From Eledone cirrhosa (taxonomy: Eukaryota): a DNA stretch of 64,000 nucleotides. Below, piece by piece: positions 1-14,520 of the stretch (positions within the stretch are counted from its first letter, which is position 1; every line of letters begins with the position of its first letter). The DNA is taken from the NCBI GenBank assembly GCA_964016885.1, contig OZ024743.1, positions 325,996,001 to 326,060,000 of the forward strand. Reading direction: 5' to 3'. The position numbers and the translations under genes were made by a program. The notes beneath the pieces are model-generated. The model was given only the letters and a program-made list of their open reading frames with translations, had not been told where the DNA came from and did not search any database.

Positions 1-74
1 TATATATCTATATAAATATAAATATAAATATATATCTATTTGCATATATATATACATATATATATACACACACA

Positions 75-133
<59 letters not shown>

Positions 134-336
134 AGTTATACTATTTATGGTTACGTAAATACAAAACCTTATGCAGTTATAAGTATTTTTTATATACACC
201 CTAAATAGTGGTAGGCAGTAATGTATTACTACCTTATTACCAGTAAGTTAAGTAGCTCAATGTAAAAACATCAGATGATTTACAGAGCAGTTATATGAAA
301 TATAAGAATCAAAGAACTGTTCAAAACATTATTATA

Positions 337-396
<60 letters not shown>

Positions 397-560
397 AAAG
401 GCTTCTACAGAACTAGAACTGTTTCATTCGTGAGAAATCATGAGGAAGCCCGAATGAAACAGTTCTAGTCTTGTAGAAGCCTTTTCTACATTAAATATTT
501 ATACTCTGCTTTGTATTGAGTACCTTACTTACTGTGGTTACCCCCGATAGAACTCGGGAG

Positions 561-630
<70 letters not shown>

Positions 631-693
631 AATGTCAAGACAAACACAGAGATGCAAATATACAAAGTTTTATTAGTATCAAGTTTTAGAAGG

Positions 694-740
<47 letters not shown>

Positions 741-745
741 TACAT

Positions 746-803
<58 letters not shown>

Positions 804-1962
804 GTACTCACAAACATGTGTGTGCGTGTGTGTTTATTTGTATCCTAAACAAATTAGTAATCCTTTAATATCTTTAGAATCTTTAACAAACCTTAATAGC
901 TTCATTTAATTTAGCAATTGAAGTATTTTGTTTGTTGTTTTTTTTGGGGGTGGAGGGGGGAGACTGGTTGATTGGTTGGCTGGTTGGTTATGTGGTGATT
1001 GTTGTTGCTGTTGTTGTGGTTGTTGTAGATGTTGGTGCAGCTGCTGCTGTTGCTGTTGCTGTTCCTTCGATCATTCGTTTCCGTTTCTTCCATTCTATAT
1101 TGTGTCAGTGTCGATAAAACAAGGAATTTTTTGTCGAATTATTGATACAGCATGGCCGACTGGTTAAGAAATTCGCTTCGCAATCATTAAGTCCTGCGTT
1201 CGATCTTACTTTGTGGTACTTTGGCCAAGTATCATTTACCATTGCCTCAGGTAGACCAAAACGTAAACTGTTCAGAACCCCGTTGGATGGATTATAGATG
1301 CAATTGAAGGGCCCAGCTTTGTCAAACACTATCATGTTGAACCTCCATAGGAATTACGTTATAAATTACGTTTCTGTGGAATGCTCAGCCAGCCACACAT
1401 TTATTTCATAAGCAGGCTGTTCCGTTAATGAAACAACTAGAACACTCATCGTCGAAAGTGAAGGAGGTCCATCCATTCCATCCCATATCCGAAGAAAAGA
1501 CTGGAATGCCATTGATGATGGCTACTAACATGTTGCTAAGACAACAGCACCAATAACAACAGCTGGTCAAATAGTTGGCCATGTATATCTCATCACCTTT
1601 ACCGACGCGATGCTAGCTTTATAGTAAAGACATATAAATCTCAACGGCTATTCTACCTGGCTGTAAATAGGTTTCACACGGTGATAGAATATAATGTTGT
1701 AAGCAGTAAGCTAAACCTCGACCACATCAATATGTGTGTGTTTAAGTACAATAAAAAGTTTTGCTGGGACCAATAAGTTCTGCTTCTCACCCAACAGCTG
1801 TTGTTTACAATTTAAAGGCTAGTCAGATTCCAGTGTGTCAGCTTGTATTGAGACATTTCTCGTAGTCATAAATAGAGAGTGGATTAGTTTGAAAAGACCC
1901 CCCCTGTACGTACGGAAGGCGGTTCTCCTGCGATTAGTCGACTTAATAAACATGACACACAC

Positions 1963-1993
<31 letters not shown>

Positions 1994-2183
1994 AATATAT
2001 ATCTATATATATATATATATATATCTATATATATATATGGGGGGGGGGTAACAAGACTCACTTTTTAGCCTTAATATATATATATTGCTAATCACTTTAC
2101 TGTGTCGGCCGTCACAAACAGTCATAGCCGGCATGGGCTGGGGTTTGGATTCTGTCGATCGATTAGTTATTGATTAGGCGATA

Positions 2184-2294
2184 CCCGCTGATGAAGCTAC
2201 ATGCGCCTATTATGCATTGTTGCATAATATATGTAGACAGAGGGTGCAGTGCACTCTACTGCTGCATTAAGTGTGGCCGAAACTCGAGTCCGGG
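2184..2294 (+). ncRNA. Type-I hammerhead ribozyme, family A (branched stem II)
   Basis: CCCG-CTGATGA-A-GCTACAT...GTGTGGC-C-GAA-ACTCGAGT-C-CGGG. Stem I CCCG/CGGG, palindromic stem III, GUC site. Confidence 0.8.
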
Positions 2295-2451
2295 AACTAC
2301 TATAGGCAGCCGTTTTACGTGTGTTGTATTGAAGCGAATAACTATGTGTATACTCTGGGAATGTATCCTACATTACCTATTGATTACGGTGAAATACAAC
2401 CGGTCCTGGCATTGATAAATATGGTGGGTCCGTCAACTCCTTATTATATAA

Positions 2452-2494
<43 letters not shown>

Positions 2495-3276
2495 AAAGAA
2501 TGGAGGTGTGACACACGAGTTGTGATATATTACTAAAAGGAAAAGAAAATGCTGACAAATTGTTCCCAGTGAAAAATAGTTTAATTAGGAATAAGTATAA
2601 ATTAGTAATAAGTATTGGTTAGTATTCAGTTTTAGTTTTAAGTTTTTACCGGTTGTGCATTTCTAATGCTTTTCAAAAATAATTTTGAGATAGAGCGCCC
2701 GTGATGTTTGCTCTAATCAGATTAGAGCAAACATCACGAGCACACATATACCTCAAAACATCCACATCCACACATACAATAACATCTATACCTGCACACA
2801 CACGAGCGCGCGCGCGCATGCATGCAGACATACATACATATCTATTAGTTGATGTTGTGTTAATTCCAATGAAAGAGTCTTGTATCTATGTTAGAAACCG
2901 ACTCTCTCTCTATTGGTAAACATTTACAAAATTATAAAATCAGAAGAACATACATACATACGTGCATGCATACATGCATACATAACGAACCTGGGACCTA
3001 ATGATTGCGAAGCTAATTTCTTAACCATTCGGCCATATTAGGTCCACACGCACATGCCTACAACACGTGTGATAGCAAATCAGATTCCGACTGCCACTGT
3101 TACTCCGCAGCTTAAATGAATACCGCAAAGCATTCTCTCCGACATTCTAACGACTCTGCTAATTCGCTACCTTCAGTATTGACACTTAACAAATGTAAAC
3201 AAATACACAGTTACATTTCTCACCAACAACAACAAAATGAGAAATAGATAAGAAAAATTATTTGGAGACAGTAAAA

Positions 3277-3300
3277 ATGAAGAACACTTACAGAGAACAG
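3277..3300 (+). CDS. Tentative first coding exon of the otopetrin gene (MKNTYREQ)
   Basis: ATG at 3277 followed by a strong donor CAG|GTGAGT at 3300/3301 (phase 0). Joins in frame to the tentative 8144 exon. No homology support. Confidence 0.25.
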
Positions 3301-5939
3301 GTGAGTATGCAAGTGTCGACTAAAACACCATGTCTACTTTTTTTGCAGCTTCACATTAATTTTTTAACGTGGCTAATACAGGTCTGTTTCGAAAACAAAT
3401 TTCAAAAGGGACTTATATTTCTCAAGAAAATTGCACCAGTGTTTGAGACTGCCACAGATTGAATGACTCTCCTAATTGATAATAAAGCTTTAGAAATTCG
3501 AATACCAGTAAATACGAAATGCTACTCTAAATTCCATCCTTTTGTTGTGTGACGATCAACTGAAAAGAGAAGGATCACAACAATGTTCTAAGATTGGTTT
3601 ACTTCGTGTTTTTGCCCAACTGTCAATATATAATGTCAGGCTAAGAATCGTGAAAATAAAGCCTTGTATCTTGTGCACAATGCTCAGGTAACCCATTTAA
3701 CCTGAATAACCTGACATAAGTGGTTTTTCAGCATTCAAACACATCCAGCTTGATTCAATCTATGATCTGAGGATTATTGTTACATTCAAAGCTTACTTTT
3801 TATGGTGCACTTTTAGGCAATTAAGTTCTTGTGAAACTAAGCCTACTATAAAGGATTTTTTTAGGTGGCGACTCTACCATTAATACTACTGAAAAAGTGA
3901 TTATAAATAAATAATTTCCTAACTGTTTTTTATAAATGTTTCTCAAATTATGTGTAGCATACATATATTTCAATGCAACATGGCCGAATAATTAAGAAAT
4001 TCGCTTCGCAATCATTAGATCTCGGGTTCGATCCCACTGTATGGCATTTCGAGCTTGTGTCATTTACTATAGGCTTGGTAGACGGAAACCGTTTGGTGGC
4101 CCAGCAGATGAATTGTACCTGTAATTCAAAGGGATAGTTTAATTACGCATAATGTCAGAATGAATCTCCCTGAAAATTATGTTAAGGGTTCACGTGTCTC
4201 TGATATGTTCAGCTACTTACTCTTTAATTTCATAAGCAGGCTGTTCCGTTGATCGAAAGACTGAAACACTCAACAGCAAACCCAGCTGAACGTCTATTCC
4301 ACATACACGTACGCTATGTAGAATCTTGAAACGCTCAGTTCAACCACAACCAATCTACGACGCTGCTTTTTTTTTTTTAGATCATGTTTTTTTTTTATTA
4401 ACTCATCCCAAGCAAGGCAATAAAGCCACTAAAATGCAAGGGATTACTGAGAAGGGAAATGGACAAGACAGAGAGAACATAATTCACAGAGAGAGAAGAC
4501 AATTAATGTTGCTTTGGGATTTTTGCAAATTGTGATCAAGAAAGAAAGAAACCGAAGAATTCTTTAGGCGAGAGAAGAAACTATCAGAATAGAATTTGTG
4601 ATTGAATTTAAGAACTGTAACAGTAAATGAATGAGACCTAGTCGCCAATCTGGTACTCTGTTTAAACTCGTGAAGACAAGGTAACAAAGAGAAACGCTCA
4701 TCAGAACAATTCCCGTCAAAACATAGAAAAGGCAGTGTGAGACAACATTTCCACGGTGTGATAGTGATTTAAGCCGACATGATAAATTAAGACCAATAAT
4801 GTTGATTCGTCTTTTGGATCTTATCCAGACTCTAGAATTGCACGGCAGGAGCACCAGACCAGATGTAGCATCAGTACTCAATACAAATTTATAAAAAATA
4901 TAAGCTATTTTCATGCGTGAGTATTTTTCTGGCACGACAGAGTGATCAAACGTTCTGTGCACAGACATGGAAATCGATGGGATATAATCATGGTGAAAAA
5001 TTTCAGACCCAGAAGGCGTAAATAGTTACTCTCTTGGACGATATGATCAACCATACTAAACTTAAAGGTGTTACATTTTGAGCACACGCTTTAGATTTTG
5101 TTCGTCATTACTAAGAATTGTTTTTATAACTGTTGGCTACAGACTGAGAATCTTTCAAATATCTACAGTTCACTGCATACCATTGGATCTCTGTACCATT
5201 TCTAGTTAAGTTTCTAAACTAGAATTTTTCTCTGAAATATTTGTCTGCTCGCTCAAAAACATCACAAACATCAGTGTATGTCTAAACATCATCACAACGT
5301 ATATTTCAATGGTTGATATTGATCTCTAAGGCCAGCCAATTTGGGGGAAACGGCAAAGTTGATTAAACCAACCCCAGCACATGACTGGTACATTGAGTTA
5401 TCGACCTCGAAAGTATGAAAGACGAAGTTTACCTCGGCGGCGGTATTTGAATTTGGTATGTAAAGAATCAGAACAAATGCCACAATGAAATTTCATCCGA
5501 CGCTCTACCAATTGTAACAATCAACCACCCATTTTCATTGCTTAATAGAATTGTTTTGAGTGTTCACCTAGGAATTTGTAAATTTTTTGTTTTTTGTTTT
5601 TTTGTTTTTTTATTTTTTTACCTTTTTGTTGTTTTTGTGACAAGAAATACACCATAATGTTTATATTATTGAGCTGATGATAAAATTGGTTTTGCTTTTC
5701 ATCCTTTCACATATAGTAGCATTTCCCAAGAACCTGTCAACAATGTTAAGTGAGACTGGACACTACATATGTATGTGTGTGTATCTGTAGATATATATAA
5801 ATATGTGTGTGTGTGTGTGTGTGTGGATATATATATATATATGCATATATATATATATATGTATGTATATGTATGTGTTTAATATATGTATATGTATGTG
5901 TGTGTGTATCTATGTATATATATATACACACACACATAC

Positions 5940-7436
<1,497 letters not shown>

Positions 7437-7438
<2 letters not shown>

Positions 7439-8087
7439 AAAATCGGAATTAAGAGTATTCCGCAGTTCACTCTAATAATAATAATAATAGTATTATTAGC
7501 TCAAAGAAGAATAGAGAATTTCCTTCCGAGCTCAAATGCAAGTATATATTACACAAATAGAAATGTGTTACACAGTGAGAAGTGTGTAAAGAATTATTAC
7601 AAGTGATTTTACCGTTACTGTATAGGGAACAATATCTACAGGTTAGCAATTAAATAGAAAAAAAACAGATCAGAATCAAATCTCTGGATTGGAATTTTAA
7701 ATCACAAACCTTATAACTATATTTTGCTGATACGAACCTAGCTTCGTTTCACCACTTATATGTGTCACCACTTATATGTGTCACCCCTTATATGTGTAGT
7801 ATCGGTCCACATGGATCCTCAGTCAGCAAAATGCGAAAACTGAACACTGCACATCTAACCTCATGGCTAGAGAGATTGCAAATAGACACGCTGGCCAGAG
7901 TGGGCAAAATCACGTGTTATTCAAATCAAATAATGGCTCTCATGGAAGATGCAAGAAAGTGCAGCCCAACCATGCGAATTATTAGCTCAACAATTTGGAG
8001 CTCATTAAGTATACAAAAATCGGAATTAAGAGTATTCCGCAGTTCACTGTAATAATAATAATAATAGTATTATTAGCTCAAAGAAGA
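7437..8087 (-). mobile_element. Non-coding hammerhead-bearing element (retrozyme / Penelope pLTR-like) with 74-bp terminal direct repeat
   Basis: 7437-7510 is nearly identical to 8014-8087 (period 577 nt). One internal hammerhead, (TA)n on both sides, no real ORF. Confidence 0.7.
7721..7832 (-). ncRNA. Type-I hammerhead ribozyme, family B
   Basis: Minus strand reads ATTTTGCTGA-CTGAGGA-TCCAT...GTGGT-GAA-ACGAAGCTAGGTTCGT-A-TCAGCAAAAT. Perfect 10-bp stem I, 5-bp stem III, GUA site. Confidence 0.85.
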
Positions 8088-8143
8088 TATATATATATAT
8101 ATTGTATATATATTGTATATATATATATGATTTTGTTTCACAG

Positions 8144-8177
8144 GCTTTATTTCGTCTCTGTAAATGTCATTTAGGAA
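8144..8177 (+). CDS. Tentative 34-nt micro-exon of otopetrin (ALFRLCKCHLG)
   Basis: Acceptor TTTTGTTTCACAG| at 8143 and donor A|GTGAGA at 8177/8178. Phase 0 in and phase 1 out bridges the 3300 donor to the 14367 exon. Inference only. Confidence 0.25.
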
Positions 8178-9009
8178 GTGAGACCGGATGTCCAAGTGTG
8201 TTTGAACTATTACTATAGAATACCGTGTTTCATAATCCGGTTACCAAATTCTCATTTAACTTTCCATGTTACATAAGTTGTATAAATATAATTTTAGTTT
8301 TCATTTTTTTGCTAAAAAAATAATCAAGTCTTAGATTTATAACGGATAAAATGAAATTCACAGCCCACACTTACATACATTTAACTAGTCCTCTAGGAGT
8401 CTGACTCTATGAGGATGCTTCTCGAGTGTGTTAACCTGTTTGTCACTAAACCACCCGAAACTGCACCTGGTTCTATGATACAAAATTGTTTGTTTTAAAG
8501 TGTTTATATTTATCTAAAAATTATTCATCATAATTTTATGTAAGAATTTTTAACTTATGTTTCAAACACCAGCTTAATAATGAGAATAAGGACTAAATCC
8601 CTTCAAATTCTTGATTATTTTGAAAATAGTTGGTGTCTTTTATTAGAAATGTAGTAATAAACGGGTTGGTCTCTAGTTCTATCACAGAAAGTAACGTAAT
8701 GCACAAGAAAACAACACGGCGCCTAGTTCATGAATCGAACCCTCGACATTTTGATCATTAGACCATCACCCTAACCACTAGGTCAGGCGCTTTCACTGAT
8801 ATATTATGAATATTAGAGAGAGAAAGTTTCCAATTCATAATTTCTTCCTCTCCCTTTCCAAGATGTATTAACGAAATATGAAGGGACTTCAATCAGTCAC
8901 CGGGCGTTTGATTACGTTGCTTGTGGACATAGCATAGCCGAATGGTTAAGAGGTTCGCTTCGCAATCATTAGCTCCCAGGATCAATCCTACTGCATGGCA
9001 TCTTGAACG

Positions 9010-11150
9010 TCAAGAATATTTAAAACAAGCTGAACTAAGACAACAAGAGAAAGGATAATATGCTTCAAGATGAACATTAAGAATATTTAGAGGAACAAAG
9101 ACTCAGACAAATAGAAAGAACAGATAATATGCAACAAGGGGAGCGCCAATAATATTTGGAGCATAATAGACTAAGACAAAAGGAAAGGAGATATCATATC
9201 CATAAGAATGAACAAGTACATTTTCTCGAGCAGCAGAGAGAGGCGCATAGATTTAGAATAGAAAACATGAATATTGAAGAACCACACAATTTCAGACAGA
9301 ATGGAATGCATAATGAACATCTTAAGAGAAATTGCCCAGTAATTAATATTAGCGGTAATGTAGAAGAAGTTTACATTGGTGATATCATTGTGGAGCTTTG
9401 AAATTTAGAAATGAAAGTTATAACTATTGTAATAATGAAGAAGTTGTGCTGCCTTCATTGCAAATATACCCAGAGAGATTGAGAAATCTCTTTCAAGGAG
9501 AAGTCCAGGAGGCAGTTGCATTTCACAAGAACATCCACAATTACAACAGTGCATTTTCTTTCAATTACAACAGTGCATTTTCTTTCGCTTCATTTGGTTT
9601 TAAACTTGCCTTACCACCTGACAGAGGCCTGTATTGCTTTCGTATTCAGAGTCGAATATATCACTATACCACACCTCTATACCCTACGGAAAATACACCA
9701 CAATATGGCCAGTTATATATTATTGATGCAAATGAAGCTGTGCAGCACAGATTGGAAGCACAGCAAACAATGACTGCTCACCACAAACAATGACTATGAT
9801 AAGTGAGGTGTTGCATGAATGTAATCCATATGTTGAAGTGTACAATACAATGCATGACACTGAATAAGAAAAGCAACAAAGAGCAAGAAGAGAAAATCGT
9901 TCCATACAAAAATGTGAATTAAGATTTAGAAAAGGATCAGATATGAGACGCTATAATTTACCTACTAGCAATGAAATAGCTAGGGTTTTTTGTGGAGATA
10001 GATGTGCACTACCTGTACACAGAAATATTATCATCTACCCTAAAGACTATCTTCTCGACAAAATACCATATACTTCATGCCACTTGGACCCCATAACCTA
10101 CCCTTTATTGTTTCTACGAGGTGAATTTTGGTGGCATAGTGACATGCAGCATGCAAAGGAACGCAGGAGCCGCGTCCGCAATAGATTGACGATTCAGGAG
10201 TATTACAGATACCGTATAGTATATAGAGGAGGATTTAGTGTGATACATAGAATAGGCAAATTATTTCAGCAGTATTTAGTGGATGCCTGTGTGAAGATCG
10301 AGGGATGCAGGCTTCAATATTTGAGGAATAATCAAGTTCAATTGCGAGTGGATGAGTATAATGGTTTAATAGATTATCTAAACAGAGGAGTTGATGATAA
10401 TACTGAGCCTGAGGTGTCAGTTATTTTGCCATCGTCCTTCACTGACAGCTCAGTGAATCTAAATCAAAATGAAGTAGCAGAAAACAAACCAGATTTAGTT
10501 GCCCGAATTTCTGAAATAATGAAAATTATCAAAGACACTTTCGCGTCATGTAGTTCCAAAAAAGAGGGCTTCCTCATTGCCATATGTTGGCCATCTTAAG
10601 AAATGAAGACAAGATAAGAAATAAGAAACGGAGAAGATATTGACAGAATCATGTCAGCAGAAATCCCTACTTTGGAAGGGAACGCAGACAGTCAGATGTA
10701 ACAATTAAAGTATTGAACACTGATAAGCAAGGGAGGCAAGCTAATAAAACTGTGACAAAGAACATCGTATGCAAAGAGATATTAAGATGAATCTGAGCCC
10801 AGTTAAAGAGTTGCAAGTTGCAACGGAATTGAAACTAATCAGGTAAATATAAACATACTGTATATTCCCTATACCGTTTTGTGTAAATAAATTCTATATA
10901 ATGGAAAGTAATTATGATAAAATATTGCGTAATAAGGAATATGCATAATATATTGATCTTGCGGTTTCAATACAATTAAATACTAACGAATATGTATATT
11001 AAGTACTGTATAGATTGTTATTGTATATGTTCGTATCATTTATTGCAACAATCAGCTTTATATGCAATCAAAATGCAAATCATCCTTTATTTCTTAAATA
11101 GAACCTCCTAATTTGTTTTCGTTCCGTGGAATTTCCACGAGCCCTGCTAG
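9010..11150 (+). mobile_element. Decayed, internally deleted Helitron (Rep/helicase remnants)
   Basis: Fragments YNSAFSFAS, PQYGQLYIID, DPITYPLLF, GKLFQQYLVD and VILPSSF. HUH motif FQKRGLPHCH near 10555 and C-terminal TKNIVCKEIL near 10755. 3' hairpin CGTGGAATTTCCACG followed by CTAG|T at 11147-11151. Confidence 0.9.
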
Positions 11151-11701
11151 TAAACCATTATACTAGAATGAGCTGTTGTACGTTCCTGGTTGAGTGCAGA
11201 GCATTATCTACGTAAGTGGAGTGGTTCCAATGAAGGACCCAACCTGAACCACCAGTCGCGACTCTAAATAATATTTTCGTTTTGACTAAGCATCTAAATT
11301 CTATCAACATGTATTTGACAGTAAAAGGAGATAAGTAATTCTTATGTTCATATTTTCTTAATATACTTGAGACGAACTAAATTTTGTCGAGACTTATCAT
11401 CGGCTAAATTTGTAGAGACTTTTTATCGACACCACGAAAAATATTTATGCAATGAAAAGAAATGATCATGTGGTGAACAATATATATAGTAGAAATAGAA
11501 GCTTTCGCCATATTTTTTACTAAAGAAGTTTTAGACTGATAGTGGGGTTTAAGCCTTCTAAAATATGTAAAAGGATGTGTATTGACGTACATGTACATCA
11601 ATACTCATCCTTTTCCATTTTTTAGAGGGTTTTAAATCCCACTATCTTCTATTTCTACTAAATTTCAAACTTCGCTCGCTGTTTCAAAACAAACCTACTT
11701 G

Positions 11702-11733
<32 letters not shown>

Positions 11734-12962
11734 CGTGCGTTCGTGCGTGCGTGCGTGCGTGCGCGTGTGTATATTTTGTGGATCGAGAGACTCTTAGTCT
11801 TCATTAAGACATCTCTCTCTAGGAGGAGGTCACTCTGATATAAAACCTACGACTTCGTTTGCACCAATGATGTAGACCATTTCTACTTTTTGGGGGGGTA
11901 AATGCATTCAATGTTCAGAGAGTGGGATTGGCTCCGTGCAAAGCCTTTCCTTTCCTCATTTAAAAAGGCTTCAAGCACAGACATCGCTTGATATGTGACA
12001 TTTTTTGCGATGCATGGTATTGCTAATAGGCAAGTCCTAGCAGGACTAAAAAACCCACGCCCCGTAGTGCTCATGCTTAAGTATCTATCTATCATTTATT
12101 ATATATACTATAACACTGACACTAGGCACCACTACGGCGTCGAAACAGGTCACATTATCTCGGACACTGCGGATGATGTCATGATTGAATGTCATGGAAC
12201 ATGCTTCACTAACAATTTGGAACTTCTATAAATTTTATAAGAGGAGTTCATAATGAGGTCAATTCCCTTCTTTAAACTTGTACAAAGACGAGGTAGACCG
12301 TAAACATCAAACAATTTTTACTAAAGTCTTCACTCCTCAAGAAGATATTAATGGTGGTGAACTATAGAGTAGGAGATAATGTCCTCCCAGTAACCCTTAT
12401 TGCATAAACTCCCTTAACACAACAGGCCATATCTTTTCTGGTGGGATCTACTCTCTTATATTACAATTCTTATTTATTCCCTAATGTCATTCTCTTCAAA
12501 TGTTTTTAAGCGTACTCACTGTACTAATGTTTAAAAATTGCTTTTTTCATGTATAAAAGTAGCTGTATTACGTTTTACTTTGTTTTTACTTCCGTTGGAT
12601 CTCATTCCAATTTATATCATGGAATGTTATACACAGGTGTATCCTTAATGTAATTCTCGGGGAGATTAAACTTAACACTATGTGATGGCCTTCCAAACGA
12701 TTTTTCTTTACTGAATTTCACTCACAAGGTTTGGGTTGACCCGATCTATATGAAACCTGTCTAAGATCTAAAGCATTAGGATCGAACCCGGGACCTAATG
12801 ATTGCAAACAGAGCTTCTTAACCATTCGACATTACTGCGTCAACATTTATAGCACGAAGATGAATAGAAAAATATGTTTTGCGTCATGGAAAATCCCGTA
12901 GCGGCAAGATTTTCAAGAACGCAATATTTCCGTGACGTGGGGAATGCTTGTTCTTTAATATA

Positions 12963-13122
12963 CAGGTACAATTCCGTTATAACCAATACCATTATAACGA
13001 ATTTTTCAGTATAACGAGATTGTTTTCAATCCCCGGCCACATGCTCGATGTGTTTTGGTCGATCTCGTTATAAAGAATCATTTTTTATACTCAGTGAATT
13101 TCGTTATGTCGGAATTTCACTG
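12963..13122. mobile_element. Tc1/mariner(pogo)-type MITE
   Basis: TA|CAGGTACAATTCCGTTATAAC ... GTTATGTCGGAATTTCACTG|TA: imperfect TIRs with TA flanks. Confidence 0.6.
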
Positions 13123-13614
13123 TATTACAAAATGTTCAAGATGATTTATTTTTTTCCGGACAAACATTTTCTCCATTTGTATCTTTAGTACGTCTCTATC
13201 TGTTTGGTCTTTAAATAAAATCAGGTGTCTTGTTTTGTTGTTGTGTTTTTTTGTTTTTTTTTTGGGGGGGGGGGGGGGGGTTGTGGACCTCCGTCGGTTT
13301 CAACAACGAGTGTTTTAGTTGTTCGAACAACAGAACAGTCTACTCGTGAAATCAACGTGCAAGTGACTGAGCATTTCCTAGACACATACCTTAACGTAAT
13401 TCTCGAGGAAATTCAGCGTGAGACAACACTTTTTTTTTTTTTTTGTAAGCTGTGTGAACTGGAGCAACGTGAAATAAAGTGTCTTGCTGAAAGATGTAAT
13501 GCGCTGTCGGGAATCAAACTCCCGACTGTGAGACGAACACCCTAACCACTAAGCCACGTGCCTTCACTATTAGTGGTTTAAAGGTACCAATATTCGTATC
13601 CTATAGATTCTATG

Positions 13615-13950
13615 AGGCGGCGAATTGGCAGAGTCGTCAGAACGTCGGGTAGAATGCTTTGCAGTATTGGTTTCGACACTCTGCTCTCTGAGTTCAAATC
13701 CTACCGAAGTCAACTATGCCTTTCATACTTTCGAGGTTGATAAAAAAAAATACCTGTCAAGTACTGGGGTCAATTCTTCCTCTATATCTCTTTCTCACTT
13801 CCATTCTCTAACTCTCTTTACTTCTTTGGAAGAAATCTGGTGTATTCAGACCTGGAGAGGAGATGGACTCCGTCGGGTTAAACAACGCCGTATATCAATA
13901 CGGTGTCCCCCACGACTCCTGCAGGAGTTACAGCCCCCTACATGCATATA
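13615..13950 (+). mobile_element. tRNA-derived SINE; related copies at ~16198-16500 and ~17945-18275
   Basis: Box A-like TGGCAGAGTCG and box B-like GAGTTCAAATCC, with a 3' body shared among the three copies. Confidence 0.7.
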
Positions 13951-14058
13951 TTATAATGAATAGTGGCGATATTAACTTTAAAAAGTATAAGAATATTACA
14001 ATTATAGTCCAAGTATAAGAATATAACAATTGATCACGATCGGATATATATATGAATA

Positions 14059-14261
14059 CTGGGTGGACCAAAAGTCACTTTTTTTATTAATAAAACATTA
14101 CAAATTAACTCAAAACTAATTTTTCTTGGAGGATATATTTTTCCATAATTGGATCTTGTTTTTATTCAACTTTAATCCGAAAGAAGAAAATATATTTATT
14201 TTAATAATAAAAAGAATTATGAATTCTTTTTTTAATAGAAAGTGACTTTTGGCCCACCCTG
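14059..14261. mobile_element. Tc1/mariner-type MITE
   Basis: TA|CTGGGTGGACCAAAAGTCACTTT ... AAAGTGACTTTTGGCCCACCCTG|TA. Confidence 0.8.
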
Positions 14262-14366
14262 TATTTTTTTATATTTCTCCCCCCCCCCCCCCGTCTCTAA
14301 GCATGAGATTAATAGTATTAAATATTCCAGTATTACTTTAATAATTATTTTATAATCATTTTCCAG

Positions 14367-14520
14367 TTGATGACGAGGCCCAGTCATGTAATGACGTGAA
14401 AGCAAACTTAAGGAAAAACATTACCAAAAAGCGACAGAATAAGCAACCAAGTCCAAACCAAACCAAGACAGACACCGAAAAGAATAAAAGAGACATAGAA
14501 GAAAATAAGAAATCAGTTCG
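14367..14520 (+). CDS. OTOP: Otopetrin exon, charged N-terminal cytoplasmic segment (DDEAQSCNDVK...ENKKSVR)
   Basis: TTTTCCAG| acceptor, open frame, CG|GTATGG donor. Its phase-2 end matches the phase-2 start of the 19312 exon. Confidence 0.65.

Noticed and set aside
4380-4680. Candidate otopetrin exon ending at AAG|GTAACA
   Set aside because: Stops occur in the frames tested, and the only ATG-led frame reaching the donor ends in phase 2, which does not fit the 14367 exon.
13615-13710. tRNA gene
   Set aside because: A/B boxes are present but there is no cloverleaf. It is a multi-copy SINE head.
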